Below the pieces are notes generated by a model, which was given only the letters and a program-made list of their open reading frames with translations, made no database searches and was not told the origin of the DNA. DNA of 64,000 bases from Candidatus Zixiibacteriota bacterium (GTDB lineage Bacteria; Zixibacteria; MSB-5A5; GN15; FEB-12): NCBI GenBank assembly GCA_024276275.1, contig JAJRXM010000072.1:8416-72415 (forward strand). Reading direction: 5' to 3'. Position numbers and translations under genes: made by a program. Shown in pieces: positions 18,977 through 28,209 of this stretch (the stretch's first letter is position 1; every line of letters starts with the position of its first letter).

Positions 18977-19013
18977 TGACAGACCTCAAAATCGAGACCT
19001 GACCTGCAAAACT
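18977..19013. repeat. 37-bp direct repeat, copy 1 (tgacagacctcaaaatcgagacctgacctgcaaaact)
   Basis: Exact match to 20778-20814, same orientation; lies between the BNR gene terminator and the aromatic operon. Confidence 0.9.
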
Positions 19014-19014
19014 T

Positions 19015-19042
19015 AAAAGCTCCATTTTTCAATGGAGCTTTT
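19015..19042 (-). terminator. bidirectional hairpin terminator downstream of the BNR propeller gene
   Basis: Perfect 12-bp stem aaaagctccatt / aatggagctttt, loop tttc, with A and T runs built into the stem ends. Confidence 0.7.
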
Positions 19043-19137
19043 TATATGATTTTATCTAAACCAAACGAGATAAGTGAACACTTTAGATTTTTTAAAAACG
19101 TAAGTATACGACTATGTAGATTAGTTTGTTAAAACAT

Positions 19138-20515
19138 TTAATCATCACTATCATCAGTAGTTCGTAATATTGTGCCATAGCTTCCAACTGCTGTTCCATT
19201 GTTGGCATCAATGTAACTGACACCATAAAGGTAGTTTGTTGTATAACTTGTTTGAGTCTGCCAAGATGCACCGCCATTTGAAGTTCGTAAGATTGTACCA
19301 CTCGCTCCAACTACTACCCCATCGTTAGTATCAATGAAACTGATTCCATAAAGTGATGAAAATAAACCACTTGATTGCCTCACCCAGTTTGCTCCACCAT
19401 CTGTTGTCCGTAAGATTGTTCCACCGGCCCCAACTGCTGTCCCATTGTTGGCATCAATAGAGCTGACTCCTTGGAGATGACTCGTTGTGTTACTTGTTTG
19501 ACTCACCCAGGTCACCCCACCATCAGTTGTTCGTAAGATTGTACCACCGGTTCCAACTGCTATCCCAATGTTGGCATTAATGAAACTGATTCCTTGGAGA
19601 TGACTCGTTGTGCCACTTGTTTGACTCTGCCAGGATGCACCGCCATTTGAAGTTCGTAAGATTGTACCACTCGCTCCAACTGCTGTCCCATTGTTGGTAT
19701 CAATAAAACTGACTCCTTGGAGATGACTCGTTGTTCCACTTGTTTGACTCCCCCAGGTTGCTCCACCATCTTTTGTTCGTAAGATTGTGCCATTCGCTCC
19801 AACTGCTACCCCATTGTTGGCATCAATGAAGCTGACTCCATTAAGTGAGGAAGCTGTACCACTTGTTTGCCTCAGCCAGGTTGCTCCACCATTAGTAGTT
19901 CGTAATATTGTGCCATTCGCTCCAACTACTGCCCCAATATTAGTATCAATGAAACTGGCTCCATTAAGTGAGGAAGTAGTAACCCCTGGTTGACTCAACA
20001 AGATTGCTCCACTATCAGTAATTCGTAAGATTGTGCCATTATCTCCTACCGCTGTACCATGATTAGCATCAATAAAACTAACACCAAAGAGCCAATTAGT
20101 TATGCCACTTGATTGACTCACCCAGGTTGCTCCACCATCTGTAGTTCGTAAGACTTGTACCTGTTAATCCAACTGCTACCCCATTGTTGGCACCAAAAAA
20201 GCTGACTCCCATGAGAGCAATAGTTGTGCCACTTGATTGACTCACCCAGGTTGCTCCACCATCTGTTGTTCGTAAGATTGTACCACCGGTTCCAACTGCT
20301 ATCCCAATGTTGGCATCAATGAAACTGACATCCCTGAGATGATGGCCTTGCGGTAGAGGATTCTGCCAGATCCATTCGGAAGGTCCTGTTTGAACAGTTC
20401 CCGGATTAGTAGGATTGGATTTTGAACAAGATAAAGACAATAATATTAACAGTATTATTACGAAAGACAAATTTGACTTATAAAAATTATGCGAAAAAAA
20501 CATATTTTCTCCCAA
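19138..20515 (-). pseudogene. BNR/Ycf48-like beta-propeller lipoprotein with about ten 41-aa blades, frameshifted
   Basis: Lipobox LLSLSC. Repeated GxxGTILRTTDGGxTWxxQ(T/S)SG units have a 123-bp DNA period. ORFs 20096-20515 and 19138-20121 overlap in different frames; segment 20150-20176 has one base more than the equivalent segment of other repeats. Likely start is the ATG at 20503 behind GGGAGA. Confidence 0.8.
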
Positions 20516-20777
20516 TAGATATTTATTATAATATTCTATTCTACTTAAACATCGATACTACACTTAGCTACATGGTGTTCTTACACTTTAATGATACAGC
20601 TACTATACTGAATAGTAAAGTTTTTTTGTTTTTGATTTAAGTGCGTTGTCAGGAACCCTTTCATGACAACAATACTTAGCCCGAAGTCAGGTCTCGGAGA
20701 GACTTGACCTACGAAAATTAAACACAAAACTACTTACCTGCGGACGCAGGTATCCAACACTTCCTTAAGTGTAAATA

Positions 20778-20814
20778 TGACAGACCTCAAAATCGAGACC
20801 TGACCTGCAAAACT
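20778..20814. repeat. 37-bp direct repeat, copy 2
   Basis: Exact match to 18977-19013; a degenerate partial third copy lies at about 20699-20720. Confidence 0.9.
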
Positions 20815-21338
20815 AATAAAACCCGGTAGTGTGAGCGTATCACAATTTACCGGGCTTGTCTAATGCCGCAGCTGCAGCATCGGGTCGTCCCCCTCGGAGC
20901 GAGTATATCTATCTAATTTCAATAACAACTTCTTCTTTGTTCAGTGAAACTGTCAGTATTTATTCTATACAATTAATAACCGACAACAATTTCTTTACTA
21001 TCCCACAAGAGAAAGTATCTACTCAAGTCAGAACAAACATCTCAACTGAATTAGAAAACAAGATTATTGTTTTATCATATCACTTGTTCATTACCGTATC
21101 GTTACAGTTTACTCCAACCATAAACATCTATATCAACATCCATGCCAAACAGACCTAATATTGCATTCCCTTAAACCGAAACACGTTACAGAGAATAGTC
21201 ATATCACTCTAACGACAAATGTAACTAATCAACACGTTCTGAGATGATTTTAGCGTGAAAATTCAACACGATAATTTAGAGAACACCTATATTTGAACCG
21301 ATGTTTGACATTTATAGATTCTTTCATATATTATTAAC

Positions 21339-23594
21339 ATGCTCAGAACCTTAATCATTTTTTTTACCTTGTTTTGTTGTACAACTACAACCGTTACTGC
21401 TGAAATTGAACAATTTATAATCAAATCAGATTTGGATTCAGCATATCTCCCTTATAGTTTCGAAATACTACGTACTGATTCTTTACATTCATTATCTCAC
21501 CCCACAAGTAAAATGATAAAAATCTTACAACCTGCTTATTCTGAAAATGACAGCACTTATTTTGTAATGCTTAATAATCCGGCAATCGCAACAAGTTCAA
21601 ATTCCTGGTTTTCTGAATTAGCATACCCTGCTTATAAGACTATTGATGATGATCAAGTTAGATCCTTAGTAGAAGACTGGTCTACTTATTATGATTCTTT
21701 ATTGGCAGATAATATCGTTGTCGGGGTTGGCCGTTATAATAATTCTCTTGAATTATTTAAAAGTCCAATTCGCAAAGAAATACCCGCTGATAATATTACA
21801 TTATTCGTAAATAAAACTGACAGAAAGCTAACTGGTACTTCTACTGTTTGCCTGATTGAAGATTACGATTATGACGGAAACTTAGAAATATTTGTTTATC
21901 TGAATTATAACGCAATCACCAGAACACTCTACTGTATTGACCTTACTGAACTAAAAATTGAGTGGGAATTAGAAGTATCTAGTCCGATAAATTACAATTC
22001 ATTTTTTTCTTGTAATAACAAAGAAAACCCCTCAGTTATTTTTACGACAATAAATCCGGGGAACGGAAAAAACGATGCTAATTACAATGACAGCTATTCG
22101 TACTTATCAATTGTTAATCAATACGGTAAAGTAATATATAATAAATTATCAGGGAATTATTCGTACTGCACTCCTTTGTTATATCCAGACAGCTTAGATA
22201 ATACGTTTTATTTCACTCATATTGAAAATGCTGAAGATATAGGAAATGGGAATTCTACTATTGCTCTTAGAAAATTGTCTAAGATTGATAACACAGGTAA
22301 AATCTTAAACTCAATTCCGGTTTCAGAAAAACTTAAGTCCATAAGTATTGCTGATTTTTGTTCTCAAACTAATAAATCTTTATTCGTAAATTATGACCAT
22401 AAATACTATGAAGTTTATGACAGAAATTTACAATTAATAGCTGTTTCAGACACAACATCAAGACAAACTATATTATTAGCCGTTATCAATATCTCCACAG
22501 AAAACAAACCTGTTTATCTCATTATGGATGGGCTGTATAATTATGATTTTGAAAAGATTTTACAATTCCCTTTTAATTGTAGCTCGTTTGAGATTACACG
22601 ATTTGATTCACTTGACAATACTGTAGAGTTACTAATTAATGCCAGAAACAAATCTTACATAGGAAGAATTAGCAAGAAAACTAATTTAGAACTTTTATCA
22701 GTATTTTATCACAATAACCAACTTTACATCCTTATGGCTTTCTCAGGTCTGCTGGTAGGACTTGTTATCACAAGTATTTACCAAAGAAAAACAAAGAATA
22801 ATCTAAACCTTATTACAACACAAAAATTTGAACTTGAAGAGACTCATCAACAATTAAAAGATACACAGCAGAAACTGATAGAAGCTGAAAAATATAAACA
22901 GGCCAAAGATATCGCCGGAGGGTTCGCCCATGAAATTCGCAACGCACTATTCCCCGTTGACGGTTCTTTAAATAAATTATTTAGATTAAATTACTCTGAA
23001 CAATATAATAGAGATACTTTTGATAAATATTTTGAAAAAATAAAAAAATCTACAAACAGAGCTATCAGCATGACTGAATTAATTTCTCAATGCACAAAAC
23101 TTGATTCTCAATATTTTCCAGAACAAGTAAATATCTTAAAAGTAATCAATGAAGTTTTAGAAGCTAATCAAACAAGCATAGATGAACAGCAAGTAGAAAT
23201 AATTATTGAAGGCGATTCAGATATTACCGTTGATTCTAATTATCAACAACTATTCATAGTTATCAATAACCTTATGCTCAATAGTTTAGATGCTTTGACT
23301 AATAGAGAAAGTTGTCATATATTAATAAAATGGTGGGTTAACGCCGATAAATTACGTCTTATTTTTGAAGATAACGGAGTAGGGATTAACTCTAAGAATA
23401 TAAACCAAATTTTTAATACTTTTTTCTCTACTAAACCATCAAAGGGAACAGGAATTGGGTTAAGTATTGTTAAAAAAATTGTCGAAATGTATAATGGAAC
23501 AATTAAAGTTTCAAGCATAGAAAATAAAAAAACAACATTTGAAATAATGTGTAAAATACATAAACATATATTAAAACCTTATGATAAAAAATAA
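21339..23594 (+). CDS. sensor histidine kinase with large N-terminal extracytoplasmic domain
   Basis: 751 aa; signal/TM at N-terminus, second TM LYILMAFSGLLVGLVITSIY, HisKA GGFAHEIRNAL, HATPase EDNGVGI ... GTGIGLSIV. Confidence 0.85.
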   Translation: MLRTLIIFFTLFCCTTTTVTAEIEQFIIKSDLDSAYLPYSFEILRTDSLHSLSHPTSKMIKILQPAYSENDSTYFVMLNNPAIATSSNSWFSELAYPAYKTIDDDQVRSLVEDWSTYYDSLLADNIVVGVGRYNNSLELFKSPIRKEIPADNITLFVNKTDRKLTGTSTVCLIEDYDYDGNLEIFVYLNYNAITRTLYCIDLTELKIEWELEVSSPINYNSFFSCNNKENPSVIFTTINPGNGKNDANYNDSYSYLSIVNQYGKVIYNKLSGNYSYCTPLLYPDSLDNTFYFTHIENAEDIGNGNSTIALRKLSKIDNTGKILNSIPVSEKLKSISIADFCSQTNKSLFVNYDHKYYEVYDRNLQLIAVSDTTSRQTILLAVINISTENKPVYLIMDGLYNYDFEKILQFPFNCSSFEITRFDSLDNTVELLINARNKSYIGRISKKTNLELLSVFYHNNQLYILMAFSGLLVGLVITSIYQRKTKNNLNLITTQKFELEETHQQLKDTQQKLIEAEKYKQAKDIAGGFAHEIRNALFPVDGSLNKLFRLNYSEQYNRDTFDKYFEKIKKSTNRAISMTELISQCTKLDSQYFPEQVNILKVINEVLEANQTSIDEQQVEIIIEGDSDITVDSNYQQLFIVINNLMLNSLDALTNRESCHILIKWWVNADKLRLIFEDNGVGINSKNINQIFNTFFSTKPSKGTGIGLSIVKKIVEMYNGTIKVSSIENKKTTFEIMCKIHKHILKPYDKK

Positions 23595-24939
23595 AATACT
23601 CCTTGTTGATGACGACTCTCAGGTGCTTGAGATTCTTGAAGATTTATTTTCAGATGATTACGAATGCATATTGGCGTCATCCGGTAAACAAGCAATTCAA
23701 CTTTTTATAGAAAACCATGATATTGCAGTTGTAGTCATGGATATCAAAATGCCTATCATGGATGGTATTTCAGCTGGTAGGGCTATCAAACAAGAGAACT
23801 CCAATATCCCTATTATTTTTCATACTGGATACCCCGGAGATTATGACGAAGATAAGCTTGAGCGTGATGAACAACCTTTTGATTATATTCAAAAAGGGAA
23901 CTCATCCACGAGGTTAATTCGTTCTGTAAATAATGCTGTTGATAACTACACGGTAAAACAAAATCAATTTGAGATAGTAACTCACGCAGAACAAACTTAT
24001 GGTATAATCGGCAGGTCAGAAAAAATGCTTGAAGTTTTCAGACTGATTAAGAAAGTATCTGCTTCTAGTACAAAAATTATGATTTTAGGTGAAACCGGAA
24101 CTGGTAAAGAACTGGTTGCCAGAGCTATTCACAACAATAGCGATAGAAAAAACAATCGTTTATGTATCTTTCATTGTAATCACAAATCTCCTGACATTAT
24201 TGAATCAGAACTATTCGGCCATACTAAAGGTGCTTTCACCGGAGCTGTTTCTGATACGATAGGTGTATTTGAATACGGAGACAATGGAACCATCTTTTTA
24301 GATGAAATCGGTGATTTAGATGTTACAACTCAAGCAAAACTGCTACGTGTTCTTGAAACAGGTGAATATCAAAAAGTAGGTTCACCCCAAATGAAGAAAA
24401 CAAATGTCAGAGTGCTTTGTGCCACCCATAAAAATCTGCAAAATATGGTTGATAAAAATAAATTTAGAGAAGATCTATTTTTCAGATTAAAAGGAATTAC
24501 AATTCTTTTACCTCCTCTTCGAAATAAAAAAGAAGACATTCCAATACTAATAGAAAGATTCAAGAATAAACTTACAATAGAAAAGGGATTATCTCCTATA
24601 GTATTTGATAACTCTGCTATCAATATGCTCCTCGAATATGATTGGCCTGGTAATGTTAGACAATTATACGATACTATTGAGTCAGTAATTGTTCTATCCG
24701 ACTCAGATCTAATTGTCAAAGAAGATATTGAAAAGTATTTGAACCAAGAACCTTCAACTGTAGCAAAACTAAAACTTTCAGACCGTTTAAAGGAACTAGA
24801 AAGAACTTTGATAGTTGAAGCACTAGTTGAAACAAATTTTAATATTAGTAAAGCAGCACAACTGCTTGAGATAGAGCGTGCTAACTTAAGTAAAAAAATA
24901 AGAAATCATAATATAGATATATCTCTTTTAAAAAACTAA
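23581..24939 (+). CDS. sigma-54-dependent response regulator (NtrC family)
   Basis: REC domain (LLVDDD ... DIKMP), AAA+ GETGTGKE, GAFTGA loop, C-terminal Fis-type HTH; overlaps the kinase gene by 14 nt. Confidence 0.9.
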   Translation: MIKNKILLVDDDSQVLEILEDLFSDDYECILASSGKQAIQLFIENHDIAVVVMDIKMPIMDGISAGRAIKQENSNIPIIFHTGYPGDYDEDKLERDEQPFDYIQKGNSSTRLIRSVNNAVDNYTVKQNQFEIVTHAEQTYGIIGRSEKMLEVFRLIKKVSASSTKIMILGETGTGKELVARAIHNNSDRKNNRLCIFHCNHKSPDIIESELFGHTKGAFTGAVSDTIGVFEYGDNGTIFLDEIGDLDVTTQAKLLRVLETGEYQKVGSPQMKKTNVRVLCATHKNLQNMVDKNKFREDLFFRLKGITILLPPLRNKKEDIPILIERFKNKLTIEKGLSPIVFDNSAINMLLEYDWPGNVRQLYDTIESVIVLSDSDLIVKEDIEKYLNQEPSTVAKLKLSDRLKELERTLIVEALVETNFNISKAAQLLEIERANLSKKIRNHNIDISLLKN

Positions 24940-25071
24940 TTTCTAAAATTATTTTTATAGTTATTATAGTACAAGTATTTAATTTTAATCTAAAATTATC
25001 TTCACTCCCCGAAAATGAGTCAATTTATTATATAGATATAACTTTAAGAATTATATATTTTTATAAATAAT

Positions 25072-25144
25072 AGCGGCGCAGGGACTTGAACCCCGGACAC
25101 TCGGATTATGATTCCGATGCTCTAACCAGCTGAGCTACGCCGCC
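25072..25144 (-). tRNA. tRNA with anticodon CAT (elongator Met, or Ile2 if lysidine-modified); CCA not encoded
   Basis: Reverse complement ggcggcgtagctcagctggttagagcatcggaatcataatccgagtgtccggggttcaagtccctgcgccgcta folds as a cloverleaf; anticodon loop atCATaa. Confidence 0.85.
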
Positions 25145-25161
25145 ATGTTATAAGAATTTTT

Positions 25162-25189
25162 AATGTAGGAATTATTTCGGTTCTGTCAA
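25162..25189 (-). promoter_or_regulatory. sigma-70-type promoter for the tRNA (TTGACA-N16-TACATT)
   Basis: On the minus strand TTGACA is at 25189-25184 and TACATT at 25167-25162, about 17 nt upstream of the tRNA 5' end. Confidence 0.5.
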
Positions 25190-25217
25190 GTAAATAGTAT
25201 AACAACGCCTATAGTAT

Positions 25218-25257
25218 AAAAAAGCAAAGGAGTTCCCCTCACTGAGAACTCCTTTGC
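25218..25257 (-). terminator. strong orphan Rho-independent terminator (no ORF upstream of it)
   Basis: Perfect 12-bp stem gcaaaggagttc / gaactcctttgc (25224-25257), followed on the minus strand by T6. Confidence 0.6.
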
Positions 25258-25503
25258 CCACCTCTTAAAATACCCTATACCGCTATAGAATCTATGTAAA
25301 AAACAAACTTCACATTGTTATATAACAGATTTCATGCCAAACATCCGAAACAAATTAGAACCAGCGATATAACCCGCAACCAATAAGCTACTTAGCTATT
25401 GTTTGAGTAGGTCTTCTCATCACTTTTAATTTTGTTCAATTACGCACGCTGTGCGGTAGAATAATTGATTCTTCGTTAGAATTGTTCGTATCTTGTTGGG
25501 AGA

Positions 25504-25540
25504 CAAAAAAATAACCGCCCGCATCTATTGCGGACGGTTT
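25504..25540 (-). terminator. Rho-independent terminator of lpd
   Basis: Hairpin aaccgcccgca / tgcggacggtt (25513-25539), followed on the minus strand by a T-run. Confidence 0.65.
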
Positions 25541-25558
25541 TATCGTATAGAGCAGAAT

Positions 25559-26953
25559 CTACTTCTTTTTCGGCTGATGCACCGACATATTATGAACATC
25601 ATGTGCCGCTTCCATCACCGATTCGGAAATCACAGGATGCCCAAAAATTATCGAACCTAATTGTTTAGCGGTCAACCCCTGATTTATAGCTACTACGGCA
25701 GAATGAATTATTTCAGTTGCATGGACACCGACCGCATGCACACCCAACACTTTGTCTGTTTTTTTATCAGCTATAACTTTGACTTCACCGGCTATTTCAT
25801 TTTCAGCATGTGCTTTTCCTAAAGCACGGAGAGGAAATTTTCCGATAGCAAGTTCATATTTTTCCGATGCTTCCGCCTCACGCATACCGACTGAGGCTAC
25901 CTCGGGATGAGTAAAAATAACCGATGGAACCCCTAGATAGTTTTTCTTAACTTTTTCACCCAAAGCATTATCAACAGCTATAGTACCGTCATGTGTAGCA
26001 GTATAAGCCAGCAATATTTCACCTCGAACATCACCGATTGCAAATATATTCTTTATATTTGTACGCATATCCGCAGTAGTTTTAATCGAACCATTCTTGT
26101 TCATATTAATACCGATTTTTTCAAGACCGATATCCTCCGTATTGAAAGCCCGACCGATTGATACAAGCACTTGATTTACATCGACCGTTTTACCGCCGGA
26201 TAAGTGAGCAACAACTCCGTCAGAACCCGGAATCAGTTTTTCTACTTTTGTTTTGGTATCTAAACTAATTTTCATTTTCTTAAGTTCACGCTCGAATAAC
26301 TTTGATGAGTCAACATCTTCCAACGGCAAAGCATGGTCCAGCATTTCAACCATTGTTACTTCAACATCCAGCATCGAAAGCATACATGCCCATTCACAAC
26401 CGATAACACCTGCCCCAATAATCAAAATAGATTTTGGAAGGTTTTCCAGTTGAAGTAAATGGTCGGATGTAAGAATTCGTTTACCGTCGATTGGAAAACT
26501 TGGAATAGATGCTGCTCGTGAGCCGGTAGCAACTATGATATTATCTGTCTTAATTTTTGTCTCTTGGCCGTCTTCATCAGTAACAGTAACTTCGTTTTTA
26601 CCTGTTATTTTACCTGCTCCGATAATATGGTCAACACCGTGAGATTTAAAAAGTCCACCGATACCGCCTACTAAACCGTTCACTATCTTGTCTTTTCTGG
26701 CAAGCATTCTATTCCAATCATACACAGGCGGTGTTGTGAGATTGACTCCAAATGCAGCAGCATTTTTCATTTTATTATACTGTTCGGCAGATGCTATCAA
26801 CGCTTTTGACGTAATACATCCCTTATTTAGACATACACCTCCAAGCTTATCCATTTCGACAACAGCAACTTTTGCACCCTTTAAGGCAGCACGAATACCC
26901 GCGGTATAACCTCCGGGTCCGCCACCGATGATTACTATATTATATTTAGCTAT
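25559..26953 (-). CDS. lpd: dihydrolipoyl dehydrogenase; FAD-binding N-terminus lies upstream of the first ATG, so the start must be ATA or ATC
   Basis: Redox-active disulfide GGVCLNKGCITSKAL. 33 in-frame codons upstream of the ORF-track ATG encode IAKYNIVIIGGGPGGYTAGIRAALKGAKVAVVE. An in-frame TAA at 26963-26965 closes the frame; AAGGAG RBS at 26961-26966. Confidence 0.85.
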   Translation of the reverse strand: MAKYNIVIIGGGPGGYTAGIRAALKGAKVAVVEMDKLGGVCLNKGCITSKALIASAEQYNKMKNAAAFGVNLTTPPVYDWNRMLARKDKIVNGLVGGIGGLFKSHGVDHIIGAGKITGKNEVTVTDEDGQETKIKTDNIIVATGSRAASIPSFPIDGKRILTSDHLLQLENLPKSILIIGAGVIGCEWACMLSMLDVEVTMVEMLDHALPLEDVDSSKLFERELKKMKISLDTKTKVEKLIPGSDGVVAHLSGGKTVDVNQVLVSIGRAFNTEDIGLEKIGINMNKNGSIKTTADMRTNIKNIFAIGDVRGEILLAYTATHDGTIAVDNALGEKVKKNYLGVPSVIFTHPEVASVGMREAEASEKYELAIGKFPLRALGKAHAENEIAGEVKVIADKKTDKVLGVHAVGVHATEIIHSAVVAINQGLTAKQLGSIIFGHPVISESVMEAAHDVHNMSVHQPKKK

Positions 26954-26989
26954 GATACAACTCCTTTATATACTTTTATCTGACGACCT

Positions 26990-27018
26990 AATGTATACCT
27001 AAATACGTTTTATGGCAA
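26990..27018 (-). promoter_or_regulatory. sigma-70-type promoter for lpd (TTGCCA-N17-TACATT)
   Basis: Minus strand TTGCCA at 27018-27013 and TACATT at 26995-26990. Confidence 0.45.
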
Positions 27019-27029
27019 GAATTTGCTAA

Positions 27030-27062
27030 TAAAAAAACCGCTCTTCTTACAAAGAACGGTTT
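27030..27062 (-). terminator. Rho-independent terminator after the lipoprotein gene
   Basis: Hairpin aaccgctctt / aagaacggtt followed on the minus strand by a T-run (27030-27037). Confidence 0.55.
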
Positions 27063-27086
27063 ACAATTGTCGGTCTATAATATCTA

Positions 27087-27641
27087 TTACGTTTCAGAGG
27101 CATTTACGGTAATAATTACACGAATAGAATCAATTGTACCACCATTGCCGTTTTGCCCTCCGGCACCATATCCGTAGAAATTAAATGACCCGTCAAAAAC
27201 CATTTGTTTAATTTCATCAAGATTCTGGATATACTGAAATGATTCGGCATAACTTACAATCTTGGTAGAACTTGTTTCAGAGGCTGCCGGAATAGTCAGT
27301 GTATCAAATACTAGGAATTTAGTTGTACTTGCATTAGCACATGATTCAGTTGTACAGTTAGAATCAAAATTATCCATATATGCCCAAAACGACCATTCTA
27401 CAGGTTCATTGTTTGTAACCCATAACTCAAAACCGACAACTTCGACCTTATCTAATTTATCGCGATGATCTTCCCAATCAGCATTATTAGTAAGATTAAT
27501 TGAAGTGGAATAAAATCCCGACTGCAAAGTAACATTAACTGTTTCAACTATAACAAATGTACCTGAAACAAGTAAACAACCGCTCACCAATAACGTCATA
27601 AGAAATAAGGAGCCGGATAAAATTAAATTCTTCTTTTTCAT
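27087..27641 (-). CDS. hypothetical lipoprotein
   Basis: 184 aa; signal peptide with lipobox LLVSGC; no family recognised. Confidence 0.6.
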   Translation of the reverse strand: MKKKNLILSGSLFLMTLLVSGCLLVSGTFVIVETVNVTLQSGFYSTSINLTNNADWEDHRDKLDKVEVVGFELWVTNNEPVEWSFWAYMDNFDSNCTTESCANASTTKFLVFDTLTIPAASETSSTKIVSYAESFQYIQNLDEIKQMVFDGSFNFYGYGAGGQNGNGGTIDSIRVIITVNASET

Positions 27642-27654
27642 ATCTCATTACTCC

Positions 27655-28209
27655 TTAGTAACCAAAATAGTAATTTATTCCGGCAGATGCCGAAGCTGAT
27701 TTTTTTGACCCGCCGCCTTCAGATGTAATAACATTAAGCTTTACTCTGGCATCTAATGAAAATGCTGACCCCATTCCGAGTTCAAACCCTAATCCTCCCG
27801 AAAAACCTAGCCTGGTTTCATCTTGCAAAGTCATATCACGTTTGGAATTATAGTATCCGGCTCCTGCAAGTAGATATGGATGTAAACCGGTTCCACCTCC
27901 GCCTCCTAAAATAGCATCAACACCATACGAGGTTATTTTTGACCCCTCAAATCCATCATAAATTCCGTTTATTCCTGATACATTGGAAGTCGGATTTCCG
28001 TATTTTAAAAAAGAGATATTAGGTTCTACTGTGAGTAAACTCCCAAGAGAATAGATAACTTTTAACCCTATAATTGTACCGTTACCCTGGTCATCTTGCA
28101 CAATCGGATAAGCCAAACCGGCGTTGACACCGACACCAAAAGTAACAGTTTGAGCAATACTACTTCCTGCAAAACCTAACAAACAGAAAAGAAATAGTAA
28201 TTTTTTCAT
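27655..28209 (-). CDS. small outer-membrane beta-barrel protein (OmpW/OmpA-beta-barrel-like)
   Basis: 184 aa; signal peptide ending SSIAQ, alternating amphipathic strands, Gly-rich loops, C-terminal aromatic YYFGY. Confidence 0.65.
   Translation of the reverse strand: MKKLLFLFCLLGFAGSSIAQTVTFGVGVNAGLAYPIVQDDQGNGTIIGLKVIYSLGSLLTVEPNISFLKYGNPTSNVSGINGIYDGFEGSKITSYGVDAILGGGGGTGLHPYLLAGAGYYNSKRDMTLQDETRLGFSGGLGFELGMGSAFSLDARVKLNVITSEGGGSKKSASASAGINYYFGY

Noticed and set aside
18977-20814. The 37-bp repeat read on the minus strand starts GTTTTGCAG..., superficially like a CRISPR repeat or an integron attC site
   Set aside because: There are only two full copies, 1.8 kb apart, flanking a normal gene. 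There is no array periodicity, no cas or intI genes, and no GTTRRRY / RYYYAAC core pair.
20856-21158. 100-aa ORF in the divergent spacer
   Set aside because: It has no RBS, a low-complexity product rich in Ser/Thr/Ile, and lies in a G-depleted tract where TAG/TGA stops are rare by composition.
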